A stretch of 64,000 bases of DNA from Chlorokybus atmophyticus (taxonomy: Eukaryota > Plantae > Mesostigma and Chlorokybus algae): positions 225,683-289,682 of the forward strand of contig RHPI01003508.1 of assembly GCA_009103225.1 (NCBI GenBank). Reading direction: 5' to 3'. Made by a program: the position numbers and the translations under genes. Of the stretch, positions 1 through 12,363 are shown in pieces. Under the pieces are notes generated by a model. The model made no database searches, had not been told where the DNA came from, and saw only the letters and a list, made by a program, of their open reading frames with translations. The first letter of the stretch is position 1, and every line of letters starts with the position of its first letter.

Positions 1-330
1 TCTCTCTCTCTCTCGCCCCCTCTCTCTCTCTCTCGCCCCCTCTCTCTCTCTCGCTCGCTCGCTCTCTCGCATCTGTTTGTACATGCTTGTGCGTGAGCGT
101 GTGCATGCAGGCAGGCGCGTGTACACGCGCATGTGGCCTTCTGGGCGTATGGGCGTGCATGCTCGTGTTTGTGGGGCCATCTAAGCGTGTAAGTGTGCAG
201 GTGTTTGTGTGTATAGCAACCATCTGCTCTTGTACCTCTATATTGCTGCAAGCAGTTGCCGTCTGCACCTGTCTTTGTGGCTTCTTGTTTGGTACTGCAT
301 GACCTATCCCTGACCTTCTGTTTGTGCACA

Positions 331-1158
331 GAGGAGACAGAGCTGCTGGAAGTGTACAGTCTACAGGCTGTACTACACCGCGGATGAAGAACGATGACAG
401 GGGTCCATTGCCTGCGCCTCAGCTTTGCCCGCAAGGTTGGTCCGTCAAACACCGTAAGCAGTGCGAAGGACCTGAAGCTTGAGAGGGGCAGTGCAAACCT
501 CAATTTCAGGCGCTATCTTCGCATCATCATGGCAGTCCAGCAGAAGCATCCTGGTGAGTTGTGACTGGCATATATTGGTTCTGGGTCTAGTTGAATGCAG
601 CACTGCTGAATTTTAGTTCTTAAATGCATCAGAATTGCGCCATTGAAGACTGGGGAGCGCATGCAGTTGCTGAGTACACGTCTATAATGCAGAATTGGCG
701 GTTCCTGTATGACGCTTGACATGGCTTGCCTTTCCCCACCAGCAGCTGGCTCAATCCTCTTCAGATGATTGTCTCCGCACCAACAGGTAGAGTGACTTGC
801 ACCGGCTTTGACTGTCTAGGCGGCTGGCATACGTATTGTGTTCGAGAAGCAACCGTGTCAGTCACCTGTTGCATCTCTACCAAACTGACTGCATGCAGAC
901 TACAAGCCGCGACGGCCGCATACGCCCGCTACACTTTTCACCTCACCAGGGTGGTTGGTCCAGTGGTGGGGGGGCCGCGTGTTCCAGCATAAAGCAAACA
1001 CAGAGCTCCAAGAGCAGTTAACCATTCTGCACCCCGGCTGGTGCACAAGATGTGTTGTGCCCACATACGCTGCACGCTACGGCGGCCGCCCAATGCAGCC
1101 TCCATCAGAAGATTACTTGGGCGAGTTTTATCCCTACTTGTCTGCACGTACAGGCTGA
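331..1158 (+). CDS. 3' exons of an uncharacterised spliced gene, with a probable 1-nt frameshift in a G7 run at ~968-974
   Basis: Acceptor CACAG at ~330 opens a frame (…MKNDDRVHCLRLSFARK…QQKHP) ending at donor G|GTGAGT (~553). Later exons join plausibly at CAG|ATGATT…CAACAG|GTAGAG and GCATGCAG|ACTACA. The last exon reads through to TGA at 1158 if one G is removed. No family recognised. Confidence 0.3.
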
Positions 1159-1400
1159 ATGTGCTCGCTAGTAGCGCGTTGAGTGGTGCAATTGACTGTC
1201 GCCCTGGATAGAGTGTAATATATAGGCACATTGGCTTATCTCATGTCATTTCTCAAGTCATTTGCATGGTGTTGCAGTCAGCACAAATCTAATGTGACGC
1301 GCATTTGTACAAGTAGCTAGTGCATGTTTGTATGTATACATTATACACTTGTCAACGTTTTTTGTACACAACGTCGGAGAATCTTGAACACTCAACATTC

Positions 1401-1990
1401 AAGACAAATCTCGACCGTCCAAAGCTCATCCCCATGTCATGCAACTGCTTAAAATATATACTGAATTATATATACTTTATCTATGATAATCTTAACAACT
1501 ATATGCAATGATGACTACATATAATAATATGCATTGTAATTAATAACAATTTGAATATATATGTATCATAAGTGCAAACTGTACATGATATATACCGTAT
1601 GTGCCCGATCACAGTCCCCCCCTTTTTACAATGTCCTCCCCCCCCCCCCCCNCCGGCACCCGCGACTGCCGGGCTGCGCGGTATGCGCGGCTCGCCTGCC
1701 TCTCATTGGCTAAGCGGCAATTATTAGCTATAGGCCGTCGATCTATCAAAACAAATCTCGACCGTCCTAAGCTTATCCCCATGTCATGCAACTGCTCAAA
1801 TATATGCGAATGATATATACTTTATTTCTGATAATCTTAATAACTGTATGCAATGATGACTACATATAATAATATGCATTGTAATTAATAACAATTTGAA
1901 TATATATGTATCATAAGTGCAAACTGTACATGATATATACCGTATGTGCCCGATCACAGTCCCCCCCTTTTTACAGTGTCCCCCCCCCCC
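1401..1990. repeat. Two direct copies (~245 bp) of an AT-rich unit at ~1401-1650 and ~1749-1990, each ending in a poly-C tract
   Basis: Both copies read aaatctcgaccgtcc…atgtcatgcaactgct…gtgcccgatcacagtcccccc with few mismatches. Confidence 0.85.
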
Positions 1991-2320
1991 CAATATGGGG
2001 GGGTATTGTATTCGGGGGGGGATATTATTACAAGGGGGGGACTATGTTTGGTAGCAGGGGTTGCCGCCTTTCCCGCCTTTCTCACGCAAATCTCATCCTT
2101 GGGGGCGACCAACTGCGTAGTTGGCGGCGGTGTGGTTGTGGAGGGCGGTGTGGCTGGCGGTGGCAAAATGGCTGGTCGGGCTGCTGCAAGGCAGGCCAGC
2201 ATGCGCCGGCTTGAGGAGGAAGCAGTGGCAGCAGCCGCTGCTGCTAAAGTGGCCTCAGCAGCGGCAGCGGCTGCAGTCGCCGTTGCTGCAGCAGCTGCTG
2301 CTAAGGCCAAGGCAGACCAA

Positions 2321-3708
2321 GGTGCTGGCAAGACGTTCCTCTACAACACTTTGCTTGCATATGTTTGGAGCAGACGACGTGTTGCAATTGCTGTTGCGTC
2401 ATCCGGCATTGCGGCATAGCTACTCGAAGGTAATCAATGCACACGTCGATGTACTTTTCGATGAAATCACACGTATGCATTCAGCAAAATGAGTACAAGC
2501 ATGCTCACGTAAGTTGTGGTTGTGCAGGTGGAAAAACAGCTCATTCGAGATTCAAAATCCCCATCACTGGGCTGAGTGCAACCTCAATTTGCAACATTTC
2601 TGGAGGCAGCTCCTTAACGAAGCTGATGATCGCCGCGGAGCTAATTGTTTAGGACGAAGCTCCAATAATGAAGCTTTGCTTTGAGGCGGTTAACGGTACA
2701 CTGCAAGACATTATGAGCTCGGCGTATCTAGAAGCAGCGGATCTGCTTTTTAGAGGCAAGGTTGTTCAGTTGAGCGGCGACTTCCGACAAATCTTACCCG
2801 TTGTGCCGCGCGGAACACGTTCGCAAATTGTGCACGCGAGTTTAAAGTACTCCACGATGTGCAGCCGGATCAAGGTGATGAAGCTGCACATCAACATGCA
2901 TGTGCAGACGCTACAAGCTGCAGGAGAATCCGGAGTAGAGCAGCAAGAGTTCAGCAATTTTCTGCAGCACATCGATGATGGTTGTGAGCATGTGTTTTCT
3001 GACATAGGCGAGGAAATGGTGCGCTTGGACGCCGACCTTTGCTGTCAAGCTGGCAGTTTTGAAGGTTTGATCGAAGACATGTACGGTGAATTGCGCAATG
3101 AGCCGACACCGGAAGCTTTGGCCGAGTACGTCATCAACAGAGCAATCATCACGCCGAAAAACGCGACCGTTGACGAGATCAACACGCTAATTATGGCGCG
3201 TTGCAGCGATGGTACGTGCCGGTGGGGATCTAGATATAAATGCAGCTGCATATAAACATCTTGCATAAATTTTAAACATGCCACTTACCCGCCGCACTGC
3301 GCAGATGAGGAGAGGGTATACCGCAGTGCTGAATCTGTGCCACCAGAGAAGTAAGTAAACCATTACCCCTTTGAATATCTCGACAGCATCATGGTGTCTA
3401 GCTTACCTCCGCATGAACTGCGTCTCAAGATAGGTAGCCCGATCGTATTGCTGCGAAATATGCCTGATGGGCTGGCGAACGGCACGCGTCTTATTTGCAA
3501 AGGCCTCATGCAGCATGTGATCTATGCTAAAGTGGCTACGGGACCGGCAAAAGGCAGAAGAGTCTTCATCCCTCGACTAATGATCACGCCCTCAAATGTG
3601 GAGGGGATGCCGTTTACGTTGAGGCGTAGACAATTCCCAATACGCGCAGCTTTCGCCATGACCATCAACAAGTCTCAAGGCCAGACCTTGCGCAAGGTGG
3701 GAGTCTAG
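2321..3708 (+). pseudogene. Helitron PIF1-family helicase, intron-containing and inactivated by stops
   Basis: Motifs GAGKTFLYN, AVASSGIAA, GGKTAHSRFKIP, (W)DEAP, GDFRQILPVV, PPHELRLKIGSPIVLLRN, NGTRL and FPIRAAFAMTINKSQGQTL. In-frame TAG at 2417 and 2650. Confidence 0.92.
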
Positions 3709-4104
3709 CAGCAAAAGAGAGGTGAGCCCGCAATGGTGTACACAAAAAATGTTGTGTATACAGAAGTTTTGTCTTGCGATGCTTTATGTGGATTCGTGTA
3801 TAGGTAACGCTGTAAATATGTAGCTATCTCAATGCACATTTGTGATACATGACGTATTCATGCTGTGATCAAATATAACTCTGTGTTGTTGAAATGACGT
3901 GTGAAACATTCAAAGCAGCCGAATGTACAAATAAGCAGCCTTAGATGTAATGATCCTCTTATCGCATATTGTATCCTTGCATATGATAATTATTTCACAT
4001 ATGATAACCCAAGAATGCGCAACAATTGACCACAAACGCGTACATTATACGTGGCAATATATATGCCCTGTCGCCCGTGGCTGTGCCACGGGTCAACGCA
4101 CTAG
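2321..4104 (+). mobile_element. 3' part of a Helitron, including the terminal hairpin and CTAG end
   Basis: Perfect 8-bp GC-rich stem cccgtggc-tgt-gccacggg (4074-4092) followed 8 nt later by CTAG (4101-4104), the canonical Helitron 3' terminus, downstream of the helicase. Confidence 0.8.
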
Positions 4105-5218
4105 GGTTAGGGTTAGGTCAACGCACTACGATATTGAAAGGTCGTTTTTGTCATGAGCAGGCGTCACGCCGCGCGAACGCGTGACGTCCTCAACGCGCAC
4201 GACAGCGCGCATGTCGCGACGACGGTCGCGGGCAAGCACTGTTGTTGTCATGAAAATAACGCAATTGAGCGTCTGAACCTGCTTTGTCGCGGCGGAAACG
4301 TACTCAACGCGTAGTTACGTCATAAAGTACTCAAGAGTGTGTAGTGCGCGTAATTTCAAGTGCTTTATGGTGATACGTGACGTACGTTCTGAATTTGCAA
4401 AAGGTACATACCGATGAAAATATTATATATTGCATAATGCGAAGAGATCAAAGCAAAGATGTGTGTAATGTAATGTATGCGTAATTAGCATATATATGTT
4501 AATACATATATGCTAATGCGTAATTAATATCTATATATTAACATCTATATATCTTAATATATATGCTAATTACGCATACACATGTGCCACACGCTGTGTG
4601 GCACATAATCAATGCAAGCTGGGATATTGTTTAAGCAGCATTAGCATTGAAGCAACCATTGATGGTAATTACATCAGCAAGCGGGCGCTGGCTTAAACCG
4701 TACGCCGCTTGCGCACATAGCTCACGCTCGCTTTAAATAACCTACACGCGCATTCATTAAACGATCACAGTCAATTACGCTCAAAAGTGAGCAGTGTGAA
4801 TGTAGCACAGCCAGGTCGGTGTTCAATGCTGTTGTTTGCCGCTTCAAACCATATTCACGTCATTCACAAACATCATATTCAGTACTGAAGTTTTTTAAAC
4901 ACTTGATAGCCTTATATGATATGCGCCTTATGGCAATATATCAGCATGCATAACAGGCGTATACAATGTGTAGCGAGCCATCATTATTATCGATTGTTAC
5001 ATTATAAAGGCAAAACCGCCTTCGCATTGCAAGCCTTTACTCGTTAATTGTTCGAGCCATAATCTTTGATTATCTACATGGCAAGATGCAAACAGCGTGG
5101 TAGCATGCAACGTGTTACAGTTTTTAGCAATGCATGTAGTGTCACAAGTTACCCCAGATCGTGATATTGTTAAAATTTGGGGATATATTATGACAGACCT
5201 CATTCATGGCAGCGTTTT

Positions 5219-5295
5219 GCTACCATAGCCTAGTGGTCAGAGCCCCACTTGTTACAGAGGTATTGGAAGCTTGAGGTCTCAAGTTCAAATAATGT
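5219..5295 (+). ncRNA. tRNA-like Pol III cassette (degenerate tRNA or SINE head)
   Basis: A-box TAGCCTAGTGG (5226-5236) and B-box-like GTTCAAAT (5283-5290). A full cloverleaf is not evident. Confidence 0.3.
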
Positions 5296-6549
5296 AGGGG
5301 ATTAAGGCAGATCCAAGGGCAAAACACTTCTGGGGCGGCTTGCCCTAGGATGGGCGCGCCAAGGCAGTTTTACCTTTGACCGCGTGACCTCCGCGGTCGC
5401 GGGGTGAGGATTGTTCGTGGCCCGGATTTAAAAAGCCGCGGGCAGACCGGTCGTGGTACGGCCGCAATCATGGCGACATGGGCTTGTAAGTCATTATGTG
5501 AAGTGCAAACAAGCAGGTGCAACTTGTGCCAAGAAGCAGGCAGACTCAAGATGCATCATGATTGCTTCGAGACATTGTTAACGATCGTGTGTATGCTAAG
5601 TTGTCGCAGTTGCATTTGAGCAATTAGCCAACCACACTCAGCAAAGCACACGCACACGCACAAAGCACATGATGAGAGCATCTGGCGAACAAGCACGCTA
5701 CATGCAAAAAGGGCCTAACCAGGATTCTTCCAACTCAGGTGTTTGATGTGTGTGCAATCATATGAGTTACACCACTTCCGATAAGCATCCCAATTAGGTT
5801 TGCAGTGTGTCATTGAAGCACACTTTATAATAATGTATATGAATGCAAAATCTGTAGCTCTGCAATCGGTGGTTATGATTCCTCTTGCATAATTGGTAAT
5901 TGAGGCAATGATTCGTAATATGACGAAGTTGATATATTTAAGGTCGCACAAATTCCTCACATTTGTTGTCATAATAACGATTATAACTCAAAAGATGATG
6001 AATGATTTAATCCATCAACACTTTTTTGTTTTTGTTTACCACCACAAAGGAAGACCTTGACATCGTAAACACAGTATGTTTGCATACATTCAACATGCTT
6101 GTACATACAACTCGTGCGTCCAACTAAACGCCAGGCTTGTCGGTTGTGGTGATGTAAGTGTATCCTTCATCATAACAATAACTGATATATGGACAATTAA
6201 AAAAAGTTGGCATTAAAATAAATGATTGAAACTTCACACGAGCGCAATGTTGCGATTGATATTCGCATACTTTGCAAACACCTGCACTTCATAACTATTG
6301 CTGTTGTGCACTGATTGAGAATTGTAGTTGGAACTGTAACATGAGAATAGGCACACGTGTTCACCCCGCTTAGCATGCAGTCAAGTACACATGACATGAC
6401 CATCAATCACACATTCGGTATTTCATTACATGTAACATGCAAAGTGTCAGCACCTATTTCCTTCACACACATCCATTCACCAAAACCCCACGTTCTTATC
6501 TGACTACCGCCCAACAAAACATGATGTCTCAGGTATGTCTGCCAGATCA

Positions 6550-8344
6550 CTAATGGAATATGTTATACACCCTACCCAACCCTACGGGAACATATTCAAA
6601 CATCGGGATACTATTGTCTGTAGTCAGGACATAACAACTTGCGGTGACAGCAGAGCTTGTGTTGGGAAGCTCGAAGCTGAAAAACTGGTTCGCTCCCAAC
6701 CTGGCCTCAGAACGGAACAACTCTCGATAGCGACGGGTAACAGGTATGGTAGCTGTAACACCTGCCAACCCAACGCCAACAGATAGCTCCGCCATTTCCA
6801 TGCGGTGTCCATAGTTGACATGCACCAGGATAGCGTTGTCGGTTGTCGATAAGTTCCAAAAGCCAACTGTCTTGTTCCTCTCCTTGCGTTGCGACTCATC
6901 TTCCTGAAGATGCACGATGTAGTCTGCAAAACAACAACTCTTTGCCACGAAAACAACTCAATACGGTGTCTATACCTTGAGCACATCTGACCGAGCAGGT
7001 ACAGCAGCCGTGACATTCTCCCACCTCTCCAACAATGTATAGTAACGTTGCAATAACTTTTGATATAAGTCAGAGTCCTTGTCAACCTGTAAGATATTGC
7101 GGGTTGTTATAAAAATTCTCACACATATAGGCGATATATAACATATAGTATCCTTACCTTCCCATGTTCAAGAGCAATGAACAGAAATTTGTACACTGGC
7201 CACAGCTCCATCTGTCCATCCACATTGTGCAAAAAGCGTTTGAGTGGTGTATGGGGCAACGTCAAGCTCTTCAGCCACTCCACTACACCGCTGTGTCCAT
7301 GCGTCAACATATGCATATTTCCACCTTCCACCTTGGTATGGAAGTTCTGTTTGTCAAGCGATTGCAAGTTGTCAACTGCATGCTCTCCATGAACCTGAAA
7401 CCCTGCTTCAGCGATGGCAGCTTCCATTTGCACCCTGCCTTCAGTTTGGAGCTCACGTTGACGTCTGCTCGAGTTGCTCAACTCTTCTGCAGCACCTGTT
7501 ACCTTGCCTCCGAGGTACACTGAGGATACAAAATACAGACCCGTCTGTGCCAGAAACCTGCGAGTCAAAACGAGCTGCTTAGAATCGTTTGGAGATCAAC
7601 AGGTGTCCGCATCAACGGTAAGAGATGATTCTCACCTTTTGATGGAATCATCTGCCTCATGTAGATTGTCAAGGTTGTCCGGTAAAAATCTGACAGCAGT
7701 GTCCAGAAACAAGTCATTGATAGGCAATTGTTCCTCTCGTAGCCGTAACTTAAGGGAATTAGCCTCAACATATAAGTTCTTGTCGCGAGTCCTGCTGGAA
7801 GATGACTTGAACGACTTCAAAACTGAGCCCAACTTGCCTCCGATAGGAACCACTGAACCAACTGTGGTAGCTGCCAGCTCACTTTGAGCTGTGCTGTTGC
7901 GCGTGCGACTCGAGACCGAGCTGCTGTCACCCTTCGTGCAGGTCACGTCACTGATGTTGCTCACAGTCAACCAATTGGGGTGCTTGAAACTGCCTCTGCC
8001 TTGGAAGGAAGTAATCTGCATTTCGTTTTGAGCTGCATGAAACGGAGCTGTTTTCACCCGTGGAATTGCCCCTTGCAGAGTAGCCTCAAACCCAGGGTAA
8101 AAGCTTGGGTCAAGTTCCTGAACCAGCAACAAACTTTAGGGGTAACACAAGTTCGACACACCTTTATAAGTGTGTACAGGCATACGTTCGGTATGTTGTT
8201 GTCGACTGGTAGAGGCTGGATTGTGTTTGCAGCCTGAATAAGCATCGGGGTTTCATTCTTTGGCCTACGAATCAGGTTCAGCACTCTACCCCAGCGTGTA
8301 CGTGGGTTGGGTGCGTCTGTCCGAGCTTGCTGTTGTTGTTGTTG

Positions 8345-8375
<31 letters not shown>

Positions 8376-8434
8376 TGTTGTTGTTGCTGTTCACGAGAAC
8401 CTTCTGCCTCAAGTCGACCTTGTTGCTCAGCCAT
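6550..8434 (-). CDS. MACPF/perforin-like protein with N-terminal polyQ and a separate C-terminal domain
   Basis: Exons 8434-8186, 8117-7636, 7557-7158 and 7086-6976 join in frame through canonical GT-AG sites. The joined sequence LPINDLFLDTAVRFLP…IKRFLAQTGLYFVSSVYLGGKV resembles the MACPF signature (Y/W-G-T-H-F/Y-x6-GG), and EGG…EWLKSL…P…LWPVYKFL matches the end of the domain. The phase of the last exon (to TAG at 6550) is unresolved. Confidence 0.72.
8325..8390 (-). repeat. (CAA/CAG)n tract encoding ~21 Gln in exon 1 of the MACPF-like gene
   Basis: Direct reading of the sequence. Confidence 0.95.
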
Positions 8435-9741
8435 TCTCCCACTGATCTGTGTAAAGTCCGACTGGACTCTCCCAGCTACAGGTCAGCGAAAACAGGGAGA
8501 CAATTATCGCCCCTCAAATTGTCTCCAAAATCCCGCCTACACACTCGCACACACAGATGCATACTGAGTCGCCAGCACAGCGTTTACACCACATGCGAAC
8601 ATGCTACCACTCCACAGCAACACTCACGCACACAGCTGCACATAAGCATCCAACACAGTCAAACAAACAACGGCACACGTGAGCACCCAGCACAGCCAGC
8701 GCCTGGTTACACTCAGGTTGGTTGAGTTCCTATAACCTATAGCCCGTCCTATATTCTATCCAACATACCAAGTTACACTTCGCGTTGGTCGTGTTCCACA
8801 CAACTGCACACTGAACCAACAAGCACGGCATCAGCCAGGACATGCAAACATGCCACTGCTGCCGCAGCAATACTGACGGATAGCGCGCGTGCGCACGCGC
8901 ACACACACATGACTAACACACAGCTGCACGCCTGAGCATTTAACACATGCGAACAATGCACAGCAACAACCACCCGCAACACTCACAGCAAGCGGACATG
9001 AGCACAGCGCAGCGTGCGCTGCGCTGTGCTGTGCTGGCTGCTGTAGTATTGCGCCTGTTTGAAGACGCCCCAGAAGCGACTAACAAAGCATGCGTCCCGC
9101 CGCCGCCGCTGGCCCGTCGTGCCTGAATGTCACCCGACAATAACACCACCCGATTACTGCCGTCACTTGTCTGAATGTCACTACTGCCGGCAATCGCCGT
9201 CGACGCACAGCGTCCCGACCAGCCCAACAAACCCCACGCGTCGACGGCGACCAGGCAGCCGACAGCCGTCACCTGTCATCGACCCAGCTGAGAGCCCGTG
9301 CAGCCATGACAAAGGCCAGTCAGGCTGAACTGAACGCATTCAGCCGAACTGAAGCCGCCACGATGGATTTTGTCAGCCGACTGTGTTCAGTCGGCACAGC
9401 CATGCCTCTCGCGGGTTCGCTGAACCAAAGGCGCGCGTGTAATTCAAATCTACAAAACCTAACTACACTTAAGACTTTCGCGCCTAGTCCTGGTTCTGGT
9501 TGTTGCTGGTGGCAGTGGCAGAGGCGTCGGTGGCGGCCGGCGGCGGCGGCGACCACGCTGGTCGTCAGCCTGCTTAGGTTAAGGTGTCAGCTACTACTCA
9601 CTTGCAAGTAGTAATTGGTAAAGACAAGCTGTATGTGGGTGTTGTATACATACAGGAGTGACTGACTCTGTTGCAACTAGTAACGTCTGGGTGCATGGCG
9701 TTGAGTGCGTGCGTTTCCTCAGATGCAATGTGCATTAGGAG

Positions 9742-10240
9742 ATGGCTGAAGACGATATGTATGAATTGCCCAAATGGTCTGATGATGAGGATGATGCGGA
9801 GGTAGGCTCAACCGTGGCAAGTCATGCCGTGCATGCATGCCTGCAATGCTTTGTAGTGCATTGTAGTGCATCTGTAGGTAGCAATTGCAACGCTTCTGCA
9901 GCAGTTCAGCCTTCGACTGGGTGTTGTGCATGCAGGACCGCCTGCGCGACAGCAACATTGATCAGCTGGACGACATGGGGACGCCAACTCAGCCTGCCAC
10001 ACCTCATGTGTTTGAAGTTGGTGGCATCCAGACCCCTGCCACAGCCTTGTCTCAGTCAGGGGTATGTTACGTGTGCATAACGTCCACAAGTGTCACACAT
10101 ACAGGATGAATGTTGCCAAGGCACAAATGCATAGTTGTGTGTGTATGCGTGTGTGCATGTGCGAGCGCGTGTGCGCACACGTGTGTGTGTGTGCGTGCGC
10201 GCGCGCGCGTGCTTGCGCGCACGCGCGTGCGTGTGCGTGA

Positions 10241-10284
<44 letters not shown>

Positions 10285-11902
10285 ACCTGATGGCATATGC
10301 ATGTGGACATACGACTGAGTAATGCTCGGCTATGTAGTAACTGAGTTGCAGCAATGTTGATTTGTTGTTGTTGGCTTGAGTGCAGGCAGCGTCCACCTTA
10401 TTCATGCCAGGCGTTCGGCCTGCAGTGCAGTTTCCTTTCAACATGCCACTCAACTTCGCACCACCAAATGTTCCATTGCTAGCTCCCGCACAGACGCCGC
10501 CAGCCCCACAAATGCCGTCTGTTTCACCACCGCCTATGCCTGCACAGGCTGCTCCGGCGCCACAAGCGACATCTGTTCCACAACCGCCTATGCATGCACA
10601 GGCTCCAGCGCCACAAGCGGCAGTGCAAACACAACCAGCACATGAAGTTGATGCAATGGAAGTAGAGGTGTGTAAGGTCGGAGGATCATGGGCTTGCAGC
10701 TGCTGATGCATGTATGAAAGTTAATGATTTGTAGTATGTCCTGTTTGTGCGCGGGTGGTGGGTCACTCTTGTTGTTGTTGTGCTATGCGTAACTGAAAAT
10801 GTGTTGATGTAAACTCAACACATGTTGCTTGCGCAGGAGTTGAGGAATGGCAGTGGCATAGTATGGACTGACGCGCTGGTCCGGAAGCTTTTTCTAGCAG
10901 AGAAGCAAGTCACGGCAGTTATTGCCGAGGCGAATGCACAGAGCAAGACCAAAACTGCTGGCAAGTGGGAGCAAATCTATGAGATGATGAAGCCCACACC
11001 CTACACAGTCAAACAATGGCTGAACGCATACGACTACTTAAAGAAGAAGTACACGGTATGTTTGTCTTGCCCTTGTTGATGATATATATGTGTGTGCATG
11101 GATGTTATTGGCTTGTGAGCTAATGCTGTGTTGCTATGCGCACAGAAGTACAACTCATCCGGGGGGCAAGCAAGTGGGCAAGGCCAAGAAGCTGGTCAAG
11201 TTCAACTTGACCAGCTTCTTGCGGTCCAGAAGTTCTCGCAAAACAGGCGCACCTCTCAAGAAGCCCAAATACTATGACATTGTCCATGAGATTATGAAGA
11301 CCAAGGCCTCAGCCAACCCAAGCTTCACTGTCTCTTCCATGCCATCAACAGATGGCAACTTCTATAGCAAGAGAGACATGGGCTCTGTGCCAGTTCCATC
11401 TCGCTCCAGCAGCAAGCGAGCTGCCACGCCCTCCAGCTCCTACATCGGTAGTGAAAGAGTTGACTTCACATAGGAAGATCCATTGGGCACGGAGGAGCAC
11501 TTGCCCACCTTTGACGCTATGGACAGTGAGGTTGAAGGGGAGGTGAAGAAAAAGGGTGTGAAGAAAGAGGACCCTTCAGAAGTGACTTCTCCATCCCGCC
11601 AACGAAGTCACAAGCGCAACCGTCCAACCGGCAGTGTAGCCTCTGAATTGAAAGAGCTGCGTGAGCGGACCGTGACCTTCATGGACGAGAGTCAGGTGCT
11701 GAATCAAACCATGTGCCAGGTGGCGGCTGATACAAAGACGCTTGTTGAGCACTCGAAGGCAATGGTAGAGGCGGTGGTCGCCAGCAATGACCATCACAAG
11801 GCAGTGAAGGCTAACCGTGATAAGCGCCATGCCGAGTCGCTAAGTGCAGCCAAGGACTTTAATGATCGCTTTCTAACAATCTTAAAACGCGGTTTTTATT
11901 AA
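9742..11902 (+). CDS. Harbinger Myb/SANT (trihelix-like) DNA-binding protein, multi-exon, probably damaged
   Basis: Acidic N-terminus, Pro/Ala-rich exon, then WTDALVRKL…KWEQIYEMM…TVKQWLNAYDYLKKKY, TGAPLKKPKYYDIVHEI and a coiled-coil-like C-terminus. In-frame TAG at 11471-11473 and a phase problem near 11150. Confidence 0.7.
10130..10285. repeat. (GT)n/(GC)n microsatellite within an intron
   Basis: Direct reading of the sequence. Confidence 0.95.
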
Positions 11903-12363
11903 CACATGGAAAGGGATTGTGTGCTGACACTCGTACTTGCAAGTGATCGGCTATTGTCAACAGCAATCGCTCTTAACTTACTTATTTGTGTGTCACGCAT
12001 ATATTGCTGGTCCTGGTGTGTGCTGCTTCATGCCTTGCGCATGCTCATTACCTTATGCACTTGATTGTGCTGGTCCATAGTCGGGCCTCCGTACACTTGT
12101 GTTCATGCCTCTCGTGCCGTTGCGCATGCGCGTGCGTGTATATAAGAGATAGTATGCTAGATTATGTGTGCGTGCTGCTCCATGCCTTGCGCATGCGCAC
12201 TTTTATTACCTTATGTAAACTGTTGGTCCATATGTGCTCTCTTGCGTGCATGGAGATGTGATGGCCTTGCACATGCACACTCGCTTATGCATGCTTTTCA
12301 TGCCGTTGCGCTGCCTCGTGCCTTGCGCATGTTCAATGCATGAGTAGCCAAGCTAAGCAATTC

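Noticed and set aside
440-555. Replitron/HUH-like ERG motif (KLERGSANLNF)
   Set aside because: No HUH/HxQ motif or catalytic Tyr motif follows.
770-845. PHD-finger-like string CTGFDCLGGWHTYC
   Set aside because: It most likely lies in an intron (donor CAG|GTAGAG at ~787), and the remaining PHD ligands are missing.
4125-5140. CACTA element starting at CACTACG
   Set aside because: Only 5-6 bp match the candidate right ends, and there is no 3-bp TSD.
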